The position numbers and the translations under genes were made by a program. From Ginkgo biloba (lineage: Eukaryota; Plantae; Ginkgophyta), in the NCBI GenBank assembly GCA_024626585.2, contig JANKJI020000002.1, forward strand, positions 54,004,902 through 54,026,671: a DNA stretch of 21,770 nucleotides. Reading direction: 5' to 3'. Below, piece by piece: positions 9,360 through 20,147 of this stretch. The notes below the pieces were generated by a model, which made no database searches, had not been told where the DNA came from, and saw nothing but the letters and a program-made list of their open reading frames with translations. Numbering within the stretch: the first letter of the stretch is position 1; every line of letters begins with the position of its first letter.

Positions 9360-12300
9360 TTGCTATGATGAAATAGTGTAAGTGTCCATTTTCCCTAATT
9401 TTCGATTGCTTCTATGTCGTAGAGCCATTCTCATCCTAATAGTGCAAAGTAGCGTTGGTATTGTGCATACGAACAATGACCAAGTCTTTTGGGACTGTTA
9501 TTTTTGTGACTATAGTTGACACTTTTAAGTATCGTGATTGTTCTAATTTTTGCTTGCTTTGCTAATTTGATCGAATAGTTGGGAGGATGATGCCTAATTC
9601 ATTGAGTTTAATCTAGGTTAACTTCAAAAGTACATTAACACTTGAAGCTACATCGATAATTCTTTCTAAGACAATCCTCCTAAATATTTGAACAGGGCCC
9701 TTAGGATGTTCATCTAGTTGATTTTGTATTCATTTGGCTTCTTTGAGTATTTGTGGTTCTTCTGTGAAGGCTCCTTTCTTCTACTAGCCAATTGCTCTTA
9801 ATCTTGAGATCCCTTGTTGGGTCTTAAAACAACTCAAATGCCTATCCTATGCTTAAATCTATGATTTTCAATATTGATTTGCTAGGGGATGGGAGTATAC
9901 TGACTTTTGTTGGTTTTGGTATTGAACAACATCTCTTAATGGTGGGGAGTATTTGATTGTTTGTGTTAACAAATTTGGTTGCCTAGTTCTGCTAGTGATG
10001 CTTTATTTAGAGCATCCATACATGTTGGTTGATTTTTTAGTGCTTTTGGCAGTCTCATTCTATATTTTGCTTTGGCTTATTGATAGTTTGGACAAATTCT
10101 TGCAATCAAACTTTTTTCTTTGTGGGGTTTGGGAATTCAAATTCCTTGGCAGCGACATTAGTTTTTTTCCAACTTTGAGTTTGTAGGTTGATAGTTTCTA
10201 TTTCATCAGAATTTTTGTTGAGAGGTTCAATGGCTTAGTTTTGTTTTCTAGAGTATTTTTTGCAATTCTCCTCTTTGTGATTTAGTGGGCAGCATTCTTT
10301 ATAGATGTATTTTCCACTACCCTTTTCTAATGGAAAGTCAGTCTTCTATAGCCTCAGTGTAAGCTTAAGCAGCAATGGATTGTTTTAAGGCTACCTGTGT
10401 ACTATGTGTGAGGTTTTTGTGCTTGTTTTCTTATGGAAAATATTGTGCATTTCATTAGCACAATGACCTCCTATCTTACATGATAACCATTTTGGCAATG
10501 TTTATTATGGAAACAATTTCTAGTGCTATGTGATTCAACTTCATAGTATCACACCATTGTTACAATACTTGTGCTTCTTCTTTGTGTGCTTACTCTTAGG
10601 ATCCCCTTATTAAATGCATGGCAATGGGGCACCAAACATCTAGTCAAGTAGGTAGAGTTTTGCTATTTCCACCCCTTTGCATCAAGATCCTTCTTTTGTT
10701 TTTGCAAGCATAGTGTTGCTAGTTCTTGTTATAACCCTCGATTTTTGGATCACATGTCATCACAATATAGTTGCTTGTATGAACTTGTCATTCTTCTAAT
10801 AGGTAATTTTCAAATGTTATTGCAAGGTCTCATACCTACTGGTAGCTCAATATTGGCTATAGTCTGGCATTATTTTGAACATGCAGTAGAAACCTATGGA
10901 CTAGGATNNNNNNNNNNNNNNNNNNNNNNNNNNNNNNNNNNNNNNNCATTTTGTTTATCAATATATGCATCTCTTTGTGAAAGTCTTTGACAAATTCTCT
11001 AAGCACATAACAAGGGTCTGTCATCATCGGTATGATTGCAAGTGAGTTTGGCAACCTTTGGAACCAATTGAGAAATAATTTTTGAACTTTTTGTCTATGT
11101 GGGGTTGTCTTGTAAATGTATTGCTACCACGCAATGGTTGCACCACGTAATGTCCTAAGAATCGAGATTCAATCTCTCATTCACTTGTGATTCTTTAATT
11201 TTGAGCGTAATACTAAATGATACATTGGTTCACCAATACCAACATAGCATGGTCCTAAGAAGGCTTGGTTGTTTTGAATTATGATATATGAGGGTTGGTT
11301 CCCTTTGTCATTATTGTTCTTTTTGTTGTTGCAATTGCCTCCATTTTCATGGTCATTGACACACAAAGTTGCATCCATTCCTACATGGATCTACAATGGT
11401 GTAAAATAACATGTTTCTTTTCACTATAAATGTTGTGATTGGCTCATAACTTATAGGGCTGATGTCAAATCTATAATTGAAGCATAAATTTATCTCCTAC
11501 AACTCTTTCCCCTATCACTCTTCTCCTGCGATGCACAAGTAATGGAGGTTGAATATCCTCATTGTAAATTGCCATGGGGTCTTTCTCTATCTTAGCAATC
11601 AACCTAAGCTAATTTCTTCTTTCTCTTGTTCTATAGTTCATAGACTCTTCACTGTGACAAGGTTGGTTCTATTGCCCTCCTTTCAAGAGTTGATATTCAG
11701 GTGTTTTAGGTTTCCTCTAGTGATTGCACCATGCTTGGTTTAGCCATGCTACTATTCCGACTATTTTTTCCAAGCTTTCACCTGCCAATTTGGTGTCCAA
11801 TGACAGGTTGATTTAGCATATTTTAATATTTCCCATCATTCTCTCCATTCAACTTTGATGCCCACATGGTTTCATTGCTTCTTTTGTGGCATTTGAAGAT
11901 CCTTGGCTAGCACTATTGCTTAGCAAGAACTTGTGACCACTATGATAGCTAGGGTTGTTAGGTCTTTGGCATGCATATCAAACCTATAACTTGTTCCCTT
12001 ATGCAGAAGAGACCCTCCAGGATTCCATTTTTTGGCAGCAAAAACAAAATGTGTGCTAAAATTGGATTTTATTGTTAACAACACTATGTTGCATCCTGTA
12101 ATTGAGTACAACCTACGTTCTTGTCCTCAAATGTGCTAATTACACCTGGATACAAGAGAGACAAACATGGACTTGATCAATATCAACAAAAGCTTATAGC
12201 ATAGCAATTGGAATAGGTCAGCATAACCCTCTTACCCTTGCCCCATCTATTCCACAACAGATACGAGAGATGTATAGTGGTTGCAATAATGCACTGATTA

Positions 12301-12502
12301 TTAAACGATTGACATGCTAAAATGATGGCATATTTATATAATATAAAGGATGGAGTGCTTTAACACTTAAAACCCTTCATCCTAAAAGACACTCATTTCC
12401 ATTAATTGATGATGGGCTTCCTATACTCTATGAATTCAAGATTGAGAGGCAAGGAGACTGACATGTGGCCAACTAATATTATGCAAGTCCTAGATTCAAA
12501 CA
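9360..12502 (-). mobile_element. Decayed minus-strand Gypsy (Tat/Athila-like) 5' LTR, PBS, gag and protease relic
   Basis: Retropepsin-like IIDVASSVNVL (about 9630-9662) followed by NYSIKLAKQ and ALLG*EWLYDIEAIEN (about 9400-9580). CCHC knuckle remnants at about 10446-10495 (CKIGGHCANE) and 10510-10557 (WC.YYEVESHSTRNC). A degenerate PBS at 12123-12138 resembles tRNA-Arg TGGCACGCCCAGTGGGAC, and a TATA-like TATATAAATA near 12331-12340 lies in the presumed LTR. Boundaries are approximate. Confidence 0.65.
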
Positions 12503-12744
12503 ACTGGGAAGGGATTTGTCCTTCAGAATAACCTATTGGGCAGATGCTCCAATGATAAGCCACATTTCTTTCTGTATGCATTAGATGTCTGACATCAACT
12601 CAGGCTAAGAAGTATACGTAGATGACAGCATGTCTCTGGCTGTGTATATTTGGTTAATTGAACGGGGTAATGAACACTAGAGTTGTTTTGTGTCTTATGA
12701 TTTGATGTTTACAGCATCTGACTTCTGAAATTTGTAAATTACAG

Positions 12745-12797
12745 CCGAGGATTGGCTCAAACCTTAAGTTGTTTTAGAGGCATTTAAAGCAAGGTTT
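12745..12797 (+). pseudogene. ACX1: ACX1-like internal exon fragment (A)EDWLKP*VVLEAFKARF, cut by an N gap and containing an in-frame TAA; either a true exon with base errors or a decayed copy
   Basis: Acceptor ttacag|CC at 12743-12744 (phase 1). Reads CC GAG GAT TGG CTC AAA CCT TAA GTT GTT TTA GAG GCA TTT AAA GCA AGG TTT versus recalled ACX1 'AEDWLNPDVVLEAFEAR'. Order and strand fit the terminal exons. Confidence 0.85.
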
Positions 12798-13119
12798 NNN
12801 NNNNNNNNNNNNNNNNNNNNNNNNNNNNNNNNNNNNNNNNNNNNNNNNNNNNNNNNNNNNNNNNNNNNNNNNNNNNNNNNNNNNNNNNNNNNNNNNNNNN
12901 NNNNNNNNNNNNNNNNNNNNNNNNNNNNNNNNNNNNNNNNNNNNNNNNNNNNNNNNNNNNNNNNNNNNNNNNNNNNNNNNNNNNNNNNNNNNNNNNNNNN
13001 NNNNNNNNNNNNNNNNNNNNNNNNNNNNNNNNNNNNNNNNNNNNNNNNNNNNNNNNNNNNNNNNNNNNNNNNNNNNNNNNNNNNNNNNNNNNNNNNNNNN
13101 NNNNNNNNNNNNNNNNNNN

Positions 13120-16100
13120 GTGCACACCACCTCAGTGGGACAAACAAACAGCATACTTGCTCTTTCAGCTCTAATAACTTTTGCCACATTTTTATGCACT
13201 GATAACATTCTCTAAACAGAGACCACATGGCCTCTATTAAAATTAGCAGCTAATTGGCTGACATAAATGTGGCCTTCCTCCCCAGGCACATACCTATGCA
13301 TTTGTGGTCTTTTGGGCAGAGCACAAACCTGATATCATTGTAGTCCTCTGTTGAGTCATAAACACAAAATGAAACCAGCCAGAGTGCTGCTCTGTCATAC
13401 CCCAGCTTCTCTGATTTATTTGTGGAGCTTGTTGGTTGCTTGCACCGATCTTGAAGTCATTTGCAATTTTTTGTAGGTATCCTCCCTAAGTCCTTTTAAT
13501 TGCTTTCCTGTAGAAGGAAGGCCACGATTAAAGCCCGTGCTTGTGGAAGTGAAATTCCCATTCCCAGTAATTGTCTTATTCTCCACTATCATATTATGGC
13601 CAGAGTTATTTTTAGAACTATGAGAAATCTAAAGTGAAATTCACTCCATATATTTGCAAAACTAACGTATGTGTTTAAATTAAGAGAAAAATCCTCCAAA
13701 TCCTTTCTGTGTAGCATTTTGCGTGGTAATTTAGTATTTTATATTCGTATTGTGCATTTAACATTTACGAGGATTAATTCATTTTTGTATAGGCATTTAC
13801 TTCATAATTATTTATGTAGTTTATATCACCTACAGATTTACACATGTTGAACGCCTATTACTAGCGCCTCATTTCATTTGCAAGTTTACACAGATATAAC
13901 AAAATTTTGGTGATTTATTTGATCCGCATAAGTTGACCTTATATATTTACCTAAGTTTGTTGTAGGCTTACACAGATTTACATGATCTAATACAGTTTTG
14001 CAGATTCACTAACACTTCGCTTGTTTGGCAGTTTGGTCTCTCATTTGTTTGGCATTATTTTTAGTGTTTAGTGTTTATTGAATTATCTCAATCTTATCGT
14101 TTGACATTTTGAATCATAGCTCAATGTTTAATATCTTCATCACTAACATTTTAGTGCAGTTCTTTAATGCTTAAGCTATTGATCATCTAGCATTTTTATA
14201 TCTTTAATGCTTTGTTTATTCTCAGGTTGCTCATTTACAAAGAAGACATCACTAAGAAAAAAAAGAGACTACTAATCCTTGTGATTGCAACTACCTAGAA
14301 AGAATCATAAGGTAAAAAAATTTAACACATAAACTTATACTTCTTCTTTTTTTAATTTAACATATTTTTTTTTTTAAAATCACTTTTTAATCATTTTAAT
14401 TATTTGTGTCCTTCTTGCATGTCCATGGCTAGCCATGTATTCTCTTCTCTTACATTGTAAGATGATTTAGAGAATCAGAAATGATTAGTTGCCTTTGTGT
14501 ATCCTAGATCCCATCATGTATGCTCTTTCCTTGTGCTGTAAGGTGATCTGGGAAATTAGAAATAGTGGGATCTTTTTATATTTTATTTTTNNNNNNNNNN
14601 NNNNNNNNNNNNNNNNNNNNNNNNNNNNNNNNNNNNNNNNNNNNNNNNNNNNNNNNNNNNNNNNNNNNNNNNNNNNNNNNNNNNNNNNNNTCCTTCAAAC
14701 ATGAGTTTTAATTCAAATTGACATGTATCCATAGTATCCCTAGTTTTCATGGTCAAAATCATTTTCGAAGATCAATCCCCTGGCCTACCTAAATCCTTCT
14801 TTTACATAGCCCAAAGTGTCACATCAGACTTATCAATACCTAAAAAATAAGAATATCACTTTGGTTATTATCAATTTCTTCTTATTTTATTTCTCTTAGA
14901 ATGATTATATTACTATCAATAAATGAACTCCTCTATGAGGAAGGTGTTATACTTAGAACATTAACATAGAATCTCCATTTAATTCACACTATGCACACTA
15001 TCATTTAATGTAATAATTTTATCTCTATGTGATGGCATATATCAAAGCCATGCTACATATCTAATTTANNNNNNNNNNNNNNNNNNNNNNNNNNNNNNNN
15101 NNNNNNNNNNNNNNNNNNNNNNNNNNNNNNNNNNNNNNNNNNNNNNNNNNNNNNNNNNNNNNNNNNNNNNNNNNNNNNNNNNNNNTTTTTAATCACCTCA
15201 TAAAATTTGGCATATTATTTCTTTGGGTCTACAAACTCTGAAAAAAATTCACCTTGACTCTTAGGAAACTACCAATTTAGGAACTATGATGGTTTATATG
15301 AGAATATCTAGACATGAAGAATTTCTCAAGTAAGTTTAATTCCTTAGTTTGGATCCACATACTTTCTTTATACTTTTAGGGATTTTAAGAGGTAGTCACC
15401 AACTTCTTTTATTTCTTAAATTCCCCAAAATTTAAACTATGTATCCTCCTTATAGAGTATTTTTATAGAGTATTATTGAGTATGGGCCTCAATTCAAATA
15501 ATTTTTCCTTCAATTCTAGGCATTGACACTAGGCAATCAAACCTTACTAGCAAGGAGCAACCTACAGTATTACTTTTCAACTTTCATGCAACCGCTCTAA
15601 TAATTTCAACTTGAAAAACTAGATTTTTAATATTAGCATATTCAAATAGTTATGTAGGTACATTATTCCAAAAACCACTTTTCATTTGTTAACATAAAAC
15701 ACATCGATCATTCAAATATTTTCAATGCATTGACAATAAGCTTTAAGGAATGGTGATTTTCAAAACTGAACATGATAAGACATGCAGGTTGCTGTTCCAC
15801 ATGCCTTTTGAGATGCTTTAAATCTCACCCACCACCACTGCCACAGGTGTGCTTGTGATTGCTCAAAACTGTGTATTCGCACTAGTACATGCTGCGTAGG
15901 CCTGCAGATACACCACATGTTGACTCCCAATGATGGTACCCTTATCAGTTTATTCAGCTGACACCTAATGCAGCAGTGTAAGTTTTAAATTGTATAAAAA
16001 ACTGATTCTCTTAAGTCATGCCCAGTGGCAGAGTTATAATATCAAGAAGAACAGCATTTCATTCAAGCATGTCCAAACTCACACCAGAGTCTACTCATTT

Positions 16101-16808
16101 GGCTGAAATAGCTTTCTAGCTCTTTGTAGCTCAAGTTGGTCATGTAACTATAAACACAGCTCTTATTGGCCCTCTTATTGGGGTAGGTCCACTACCCATT
16201 GATGGCCATAACTTGTAGACACTGAGGACAATTATCTATGACCTCCAAAGTATGATACGGGTGTCATTGAGGTTAGATGACTGTGGAAAAGAAAATGCGG
16301 TCAAACCTATAACAAGGGTAGAGGCGGTTGGCGGGTAAAGAGTTTGATCTTAAGCAAGGTCGATAGAGAGTGCTGTAAAAAGGTTTGATTCACAGGAAGT
16401 TTTAGATGGTTTGGAATATTACAAGTCAAAGCATTAATTATTGTACATTTTAATTGAGGAACAGAATCTCTTCTGTCGGAGAGTTGATTTTACTATCTAA
16501 AGTCCTAACAGGGTCCTGAAGTTTCCTAAAGTGATTTTTCATTTGCCTAAGTTGTAGTGACTGGAGGATTGAGTTTGTTTTGCATGGATGATCAGTGATT
16601 CTCATTGTGCTGTGTGCCATTAGTCTTTATGAACTTGGAAATAAAACTAGGTCGAGATAAGTTCATTCCTGTCATGATGTGCAAATTTTGTTATTTTAAT
16701 TAGAATTGCAATTACAATGTTCATATTTTAAAATGCCTTGTGATAAGGTGCTTGTTCAGAATTCACAAGGCTTTTGTTTAGACAGTTATGTTTACCCTTT
16801 ATCCCCAG
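13120..16808 (+). other. Intron sequence (about 3.7 kb) upstream of the penultimate ACX1 exon
   Basis: AT-rich, no recognisable ORF, ends with the pyrimidine tract tttacccttttatccccag. The donor is probably inside the 12798-13119 gap. Confidence 0.65.
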
Positions 16809-16992
16809 GTTTATTGAGAAAGTGCAGCAAGACATTCCTGGAGAGGGAATAAAGCGTCAGCTAGAGGGATTATGCAGTGTATATTCATTATCGTTGCTGC
16901 ACAACCATCGGGGTGATTTCCTTTCAACTGGTTACCTCACTGGTGAGCAAGCAGCACTAGCAACTGATCAGCTTCGCGTCCTTTATTCACAG
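16809..16992 (+). CDS. ACX1: Acyl-CoA oxidase 1-like, penultimate coding exon (FIEKVQQDIPGEGIKRQLEGLCSVYSLSLLHNHRGDFLSTGYLTGEQAALATDQLRVLYSQ)
   Basis: Acceptor cccag|G at 16807-16808 (phase 2); donor CAG|gtatgg at 16993. The 184 nt splice in frame to the last exon. Matches recalled ACX1 'FIAKLEQDIGGKGVKKQLNNLCYIYALYLLHKHLGDFLST...QASLANDQLRSLYTQ'. Confidence 0.95.
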
Positions 16993-17103
16993 GTATGGCT
17001 AATTAAAGTACTTTTGAGAAGTTTAGCCTATAAGATCCATACTGAAATTATGTTCTCTACATGTTATGGGATATATTAAACCATGTTCATATGATGGGTG
17101 TAG
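16993..17103 (+). other. ACX1: Final GT-AG intron of the ACX1-like gene (111 nt)
   Basis: gtatgg...gtgtag; removing it joins ...LYSQ to VRPNAV... in frame. Confidence 0.93.
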
Positions 17104-17313
17104 GTTCGTCCAAATGCTGTGGCTCTGGTTGATGCATTTAATTACACGGATCATTTCTTGGGTTCTGTTCTTGGGCGCTATGATGGAAATGTCTATCCAC
17201 ATCTGTACGAGGAAGCTTTGAAGGACCCTCTGAATGAGTCAGTTATACCAGAAGGTTACCAGGAATACATCCGCCCAGTTCTGAAACAGCAAGTTAGGAT
17301 TGCAAGATTGTGA
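17104..17313 (+). CDS. ACX1: Peroxisomal acyl-CoA oxidase 1-like, last coding exon (VRPNAVALVDAFNYTDHFLGSVLGRYDGNVYPHLYEEALKDPLNESVIPEGYQEYIRPVLKQQVRIARL*)
   Basis: Translation closely matches the plant ACX1 C-terminus as I recall it (Arabidopsis VRPNAVALVDAFNYTDHYLNSVLGRYDGNVYPKLFEEALKDPLNDSVVPDGYQEYLRPVLQQQLRTARL). Acceptor tag|GTT at 17101-17103; 210 nt; stop TGA at 17311-17313; C-terminal PTS1 tripeptide ARL. Confidence 0.97.
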   Translation, partial: VRPNAVALVDAFNYTDHFLGSVLGRYDGNVYPHLYEEALKDPLNESVIPEGYQEYIRPVLKQQVRIARL

Positions 17314-17605
17314 ATATAGGTCCATTATTACCCCATGATCTATATATTTTTTTAGACCATGGACATTAAAAGGCAATGCAATATGAGAACTAAAATAAGT
17401 GTTAGCATATTACTGGACTGCTGCTAATTGAGGCCACTAATTTACTCTTTGTTTGGATCTTTCAAGAAACCATTCTTGCAAAATCATGTTATTTTGTAAC
17501 CCGTTTATTTTTAATATCATATTGCAATATTTGTCCTGAAGATTTCTGAAATCCTCAAGGGATCATTCCAGCAGACACTAACTCACAGTAAAAACATTCT
17601 TTGTA

Positions 17606-17615
17606 AATAAATAAA
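17606..17615 (+). terminator. Candidate polyadenylation signal (two overlapping AATAAA) in the ACX1 3' UTR
   Basis: aataaataaa about 290 nt after the stop codon, followed by a U-rich tract. Confidence 0.4.
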
Positions 17616-19149
17616 TATTCACATTTATGCTTTTCTTATTTATCAAAGCAGGAACATTATTTGTGCATAGCAGCTTGTTCTTGGTTGAGTGTAATCTTTC
17701 AATATTTTTAAAGCTCTCTACTACTGTAATGAGATGGTGTAATGTTAAGTTTATTGGTAAAATCCTNNNNNNNNNNNNNNNNNNNNNNNNNNNNNNNNNN
17801 NNNNNNNNNNNNNNNNNNNNNNNNNNNNNNNNNNNNNNNNNNNNNNNNNNNNNNNNNNNNNNNNNNNNNNNNNNNNNNNNNNNNNNNNNNNNNNNNNNNN
17901 NNNNNNNNNNNNNNNNNNNNNNNNNNNNNNNNNNNNNNNNNNNNNNNNNNNNNNNNNNNNNNNNNNNNNNNNNNNNNNNNNNNNNNNNNNNNNNNNNNNN
18001 NNNNNNNNNNNNNNNNNNNNNNNNNNNNNNNNNNNNNNNNNNNNNNNNNNNNNNNNNNNNNNNNNNNNNNNNNNNNNNNNNNNNNNNNNNNNNNNNNNNN
18101 NNNNNNNNNNNNNNNNNNNNNNNNNNNNNNNNNNNNNNNNNNNNNNNNNNNNNNNNNNNNNNNNNNNNNNNNNNNNNNNNNNNNNNNNNNNNNNNNNNNN
18201 NNNNNNNNNNNNNNNNNNNNNNNNNNNNNNNNNNNNNNNNNNNNNNNNNNNNNNNNNNNNNNNNNNNNNNNNNNNNNNNNNNNNNNNNNNNNNNNNNNNN
18301 NNNNNNNNNNNNNNNNNNNNNNNNNNNNNNNNNNNNNNNNNNNNNNNNNNNNNNNNNNNNNNNNNNNNNNNNNNNNNNNNNNNNNNNNNNNNNNNNNNNN
18401 NNNNNNNNNNNNNNNNNNNNNNNNNNNNNNNNNNNNNNNNNNNNNNNNNNNNNNNNNNNNNNNNNNNNNNNNNNNNNNNNNNNNNNNNNNNNNNNNNNNN
18501 NNNNNNNNNNNNNNNNNNNNNNNNNNNNNNNNNNNNNNNNNNNNNNNNNNNNNNNNNNNNNNNNNNNNNNNNNNNNNNNNNNNNNNNNNNNNNNNNNNNN
18601 NNNNNNNNNNNNNNNNNNNNNNNNNNNNNNNNNNNNNNNNNNNNNNNNNNNNNNNNNNNNNNNNNNNNNNNNNNNNNNNNNNNNNNTATCAGAAAAGTGT
18701 TCTGGAAGGAAATGTGATATCCTGATGATTTAAACCGAACTGTCCAAATATGGCTTCTCGACCACGCCCCCCACCAAAATCATAGAAGACTTTTGAACAG
18801 ACGTTGAATTCCCCTTGGAATTTTGTGCAATTATGCATTTTACCATGGGCCTCTTACTAGACCAGAGGGAAAACAATATCGTATTGTAAATCGTAACATT
18901 TTATTGATTTGATTTGTTTTTAATTTTCTGTTACCAACAAAGAAAAAGCTACCCATTTAATCACTTGTTGCAAATTGAGGAGCACTCATCGCTAGTTGTG
19001 TCTTTAGCTCCATGGTTGTTGGCTTCCATTGATTGTGCTAGTGTTGGTTGAGGAGTACAGTCAACCTCTCCTTTAGAGGGGGCATCCGATCTATCAAAAT
19101 AAAAAACAAGAGGCATGTGGGACCAAGTCCCTTCCCTCTATTGAGCCAA

Positions 19150-19420
19150 ATCAGACAAAATAAAAAATGAGATTAGAGTTAGGTCAAAATTAGTGATATA
19201 CCATTAACATAGGTTGCTTGAAATACATGAATCTAATGTTCCTCCCTACAAGAAGGGACAATCAAGGATATCATCCCACCATTAATCCTTTTAGACCTCC
19301 TCTGCATTATATTCTTCCATTGAATTTCCCCCACTATATGCCATCCATTGTTGGTAGCTCCCCATTGACCTCTAAAAACAGTCGTGAATTCTGATAAGGC
19401 CTTTGACAACGACAATAACT
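19150..19420 (-). mobile_element. Possible LINE endonuclease relic
   Basis: With frameshifts, the minus strand gives GKFxWKN...LDCPFL...GISLILT...SH, resembling the L1 endonuclease motifs FTWxN, LDRFL and SDH. Weak match. Confidence 0.25.
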
Positions 19421-19432
19421 CANNNNNNNNNN

Positions 19433-19525
19433 GTGATCACCGCCACCTTTGGATTCGAACCGGCAATAGAACTTAGCCTCGCGTAATATTTCTACCTCGA
19501 GGAAAAAGCACTACACCAAAGCAGT
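19433..19525 (-). mobile_element. tRNA-derived SINE head or tRNA pseudogene (unit 1)
   Basis: Minus strand: A-box-like TGGTGTAGTGC (19508-19518) and perfect B-box GGTTCGAATCC (19451-19461). The 5' ACTGCT can pair with the 3' GGCGGT, and there is an internal CCTCG...CGAGG stem. The T-stem is broken, so it is not a functional tRNA. Confidence 0.55.
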
Positions 19526-19940
19526 TGTGAATGTGTGTGTGTTGTGTGGGCATGCACGCACACTAACTACCCATGGCAAATAAGGGAGATGAAATATTAT
19601 TTGGTTAACATTTTAATCCAAGAAAAATTATAGTCATAGTATTGATGTGACCATGGTTGAGTATTTACCTAAGCATGGTTAATTGTAGGTTTGAACACAT
19701 GGATGTATATTTTTTTTATATAGGGCCTACCTATATTATTGAGCGATAGTAAGTTATTAACAAAACCTCACTTAAGAATTCAACTAATTACAATTGTGGG
19801 CATGTTTGAGATGGATGCTTATTCTTTAATAACCATAGTGACTTAGGTTAATTAATAACCAAATCATGTTTTAANNNNNNNNNNNNNNNNNNNNNNNNNN
19901 NNNNNNNNNNNNNNNNNNNNNNNNNNNNNNNNNNNNNNNN

Positions 19941-20147
19941 ATTTTTATTTTAAGTACTAGGGGAATCGGTAGGCGAAGTTAGTTTTCTCACCACAGATAA
20001 TGGTTCTAGTCGAGTTTATCTCTTAAAAATTTTAGCCGCGGGCAAGCGGCCTCTCACTATCTACGGATGGGAAATCGAGGGGAATGGAACCTCGGTTCGG
20101 TGGATATCAACTCAAAGCTACGGTCGTTGCACCAAACCCGCAAGGGC
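19941..20147 (-). mobile_element. tRNA-derived SINE-like element (unit 2) with A-rich tail
   Basis: GC-rich island of about 200 nt in AT-rich DNA. Minus strand: A-box-like TGGTGCAACGA (20124-20134), B-box-like GGTTCCATTCCC (20080-20091) within a CGAGG...CCTCG stem, and a 3' end AAAATAAAAAT next to a gap. Confidence 0.5.

Larger units (their letters stand above)
1..12744 (+). other. Inferred very long (at least 12.7 kb) TE-filled intron of the ACX1-like gene
   Basis: I found no preceding ACX1 exon (ARFLMKT...GVQK-like) in the readable sequence, and the interval ends in the acceptor at 12744. Gaps could hide an exon. Confidence 0.55.

Noticed and set aside
12765-12797. U-to-C RNA editing as a rescue of the TAA stop in the ACX1 exon
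   Set aside because: U-to-C editing is known in organelles of hornworts, ferns and some lycophytes, not in nuclear mRNAs, and it would not explain the G>A change.
13406-13476. AG/GT-bounded 71-nt segment reading FSDLFVELVGCLHRS*SHLQFFV, superficially like the missing ACX1 stretch FQELLADLVEAAIAHCQLIVVS
   Set aside because: It has an in-frame stop, the wrong LV-to-H spacing (8 residues versus 5) and a 3' splice phase incompatible with the phase-2 downstream exon. Most likely chance; the real sequence is probably in the 12798-13119 gap.
16774-17079. ORF-track starts and ends for the ACX1 segments (16774-17079; start at 17119)
   Set aside because: The ORFs run into intron sequence or use an internal alternative start. 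Splice sites define the true exons as 16809-16992 and 17104-17313.
17627-18733. Long 368-aa and 327-aa ORFs, and similar ORFs at 12764-13228 and 6511-6993
   Set aside because: These are artefacts of translating through N gaps.
19433-19525. Functional tRNA gene
   Set aside because: The T-stem and D-stem do not pair properly and the anticodon loop is non-canonical.
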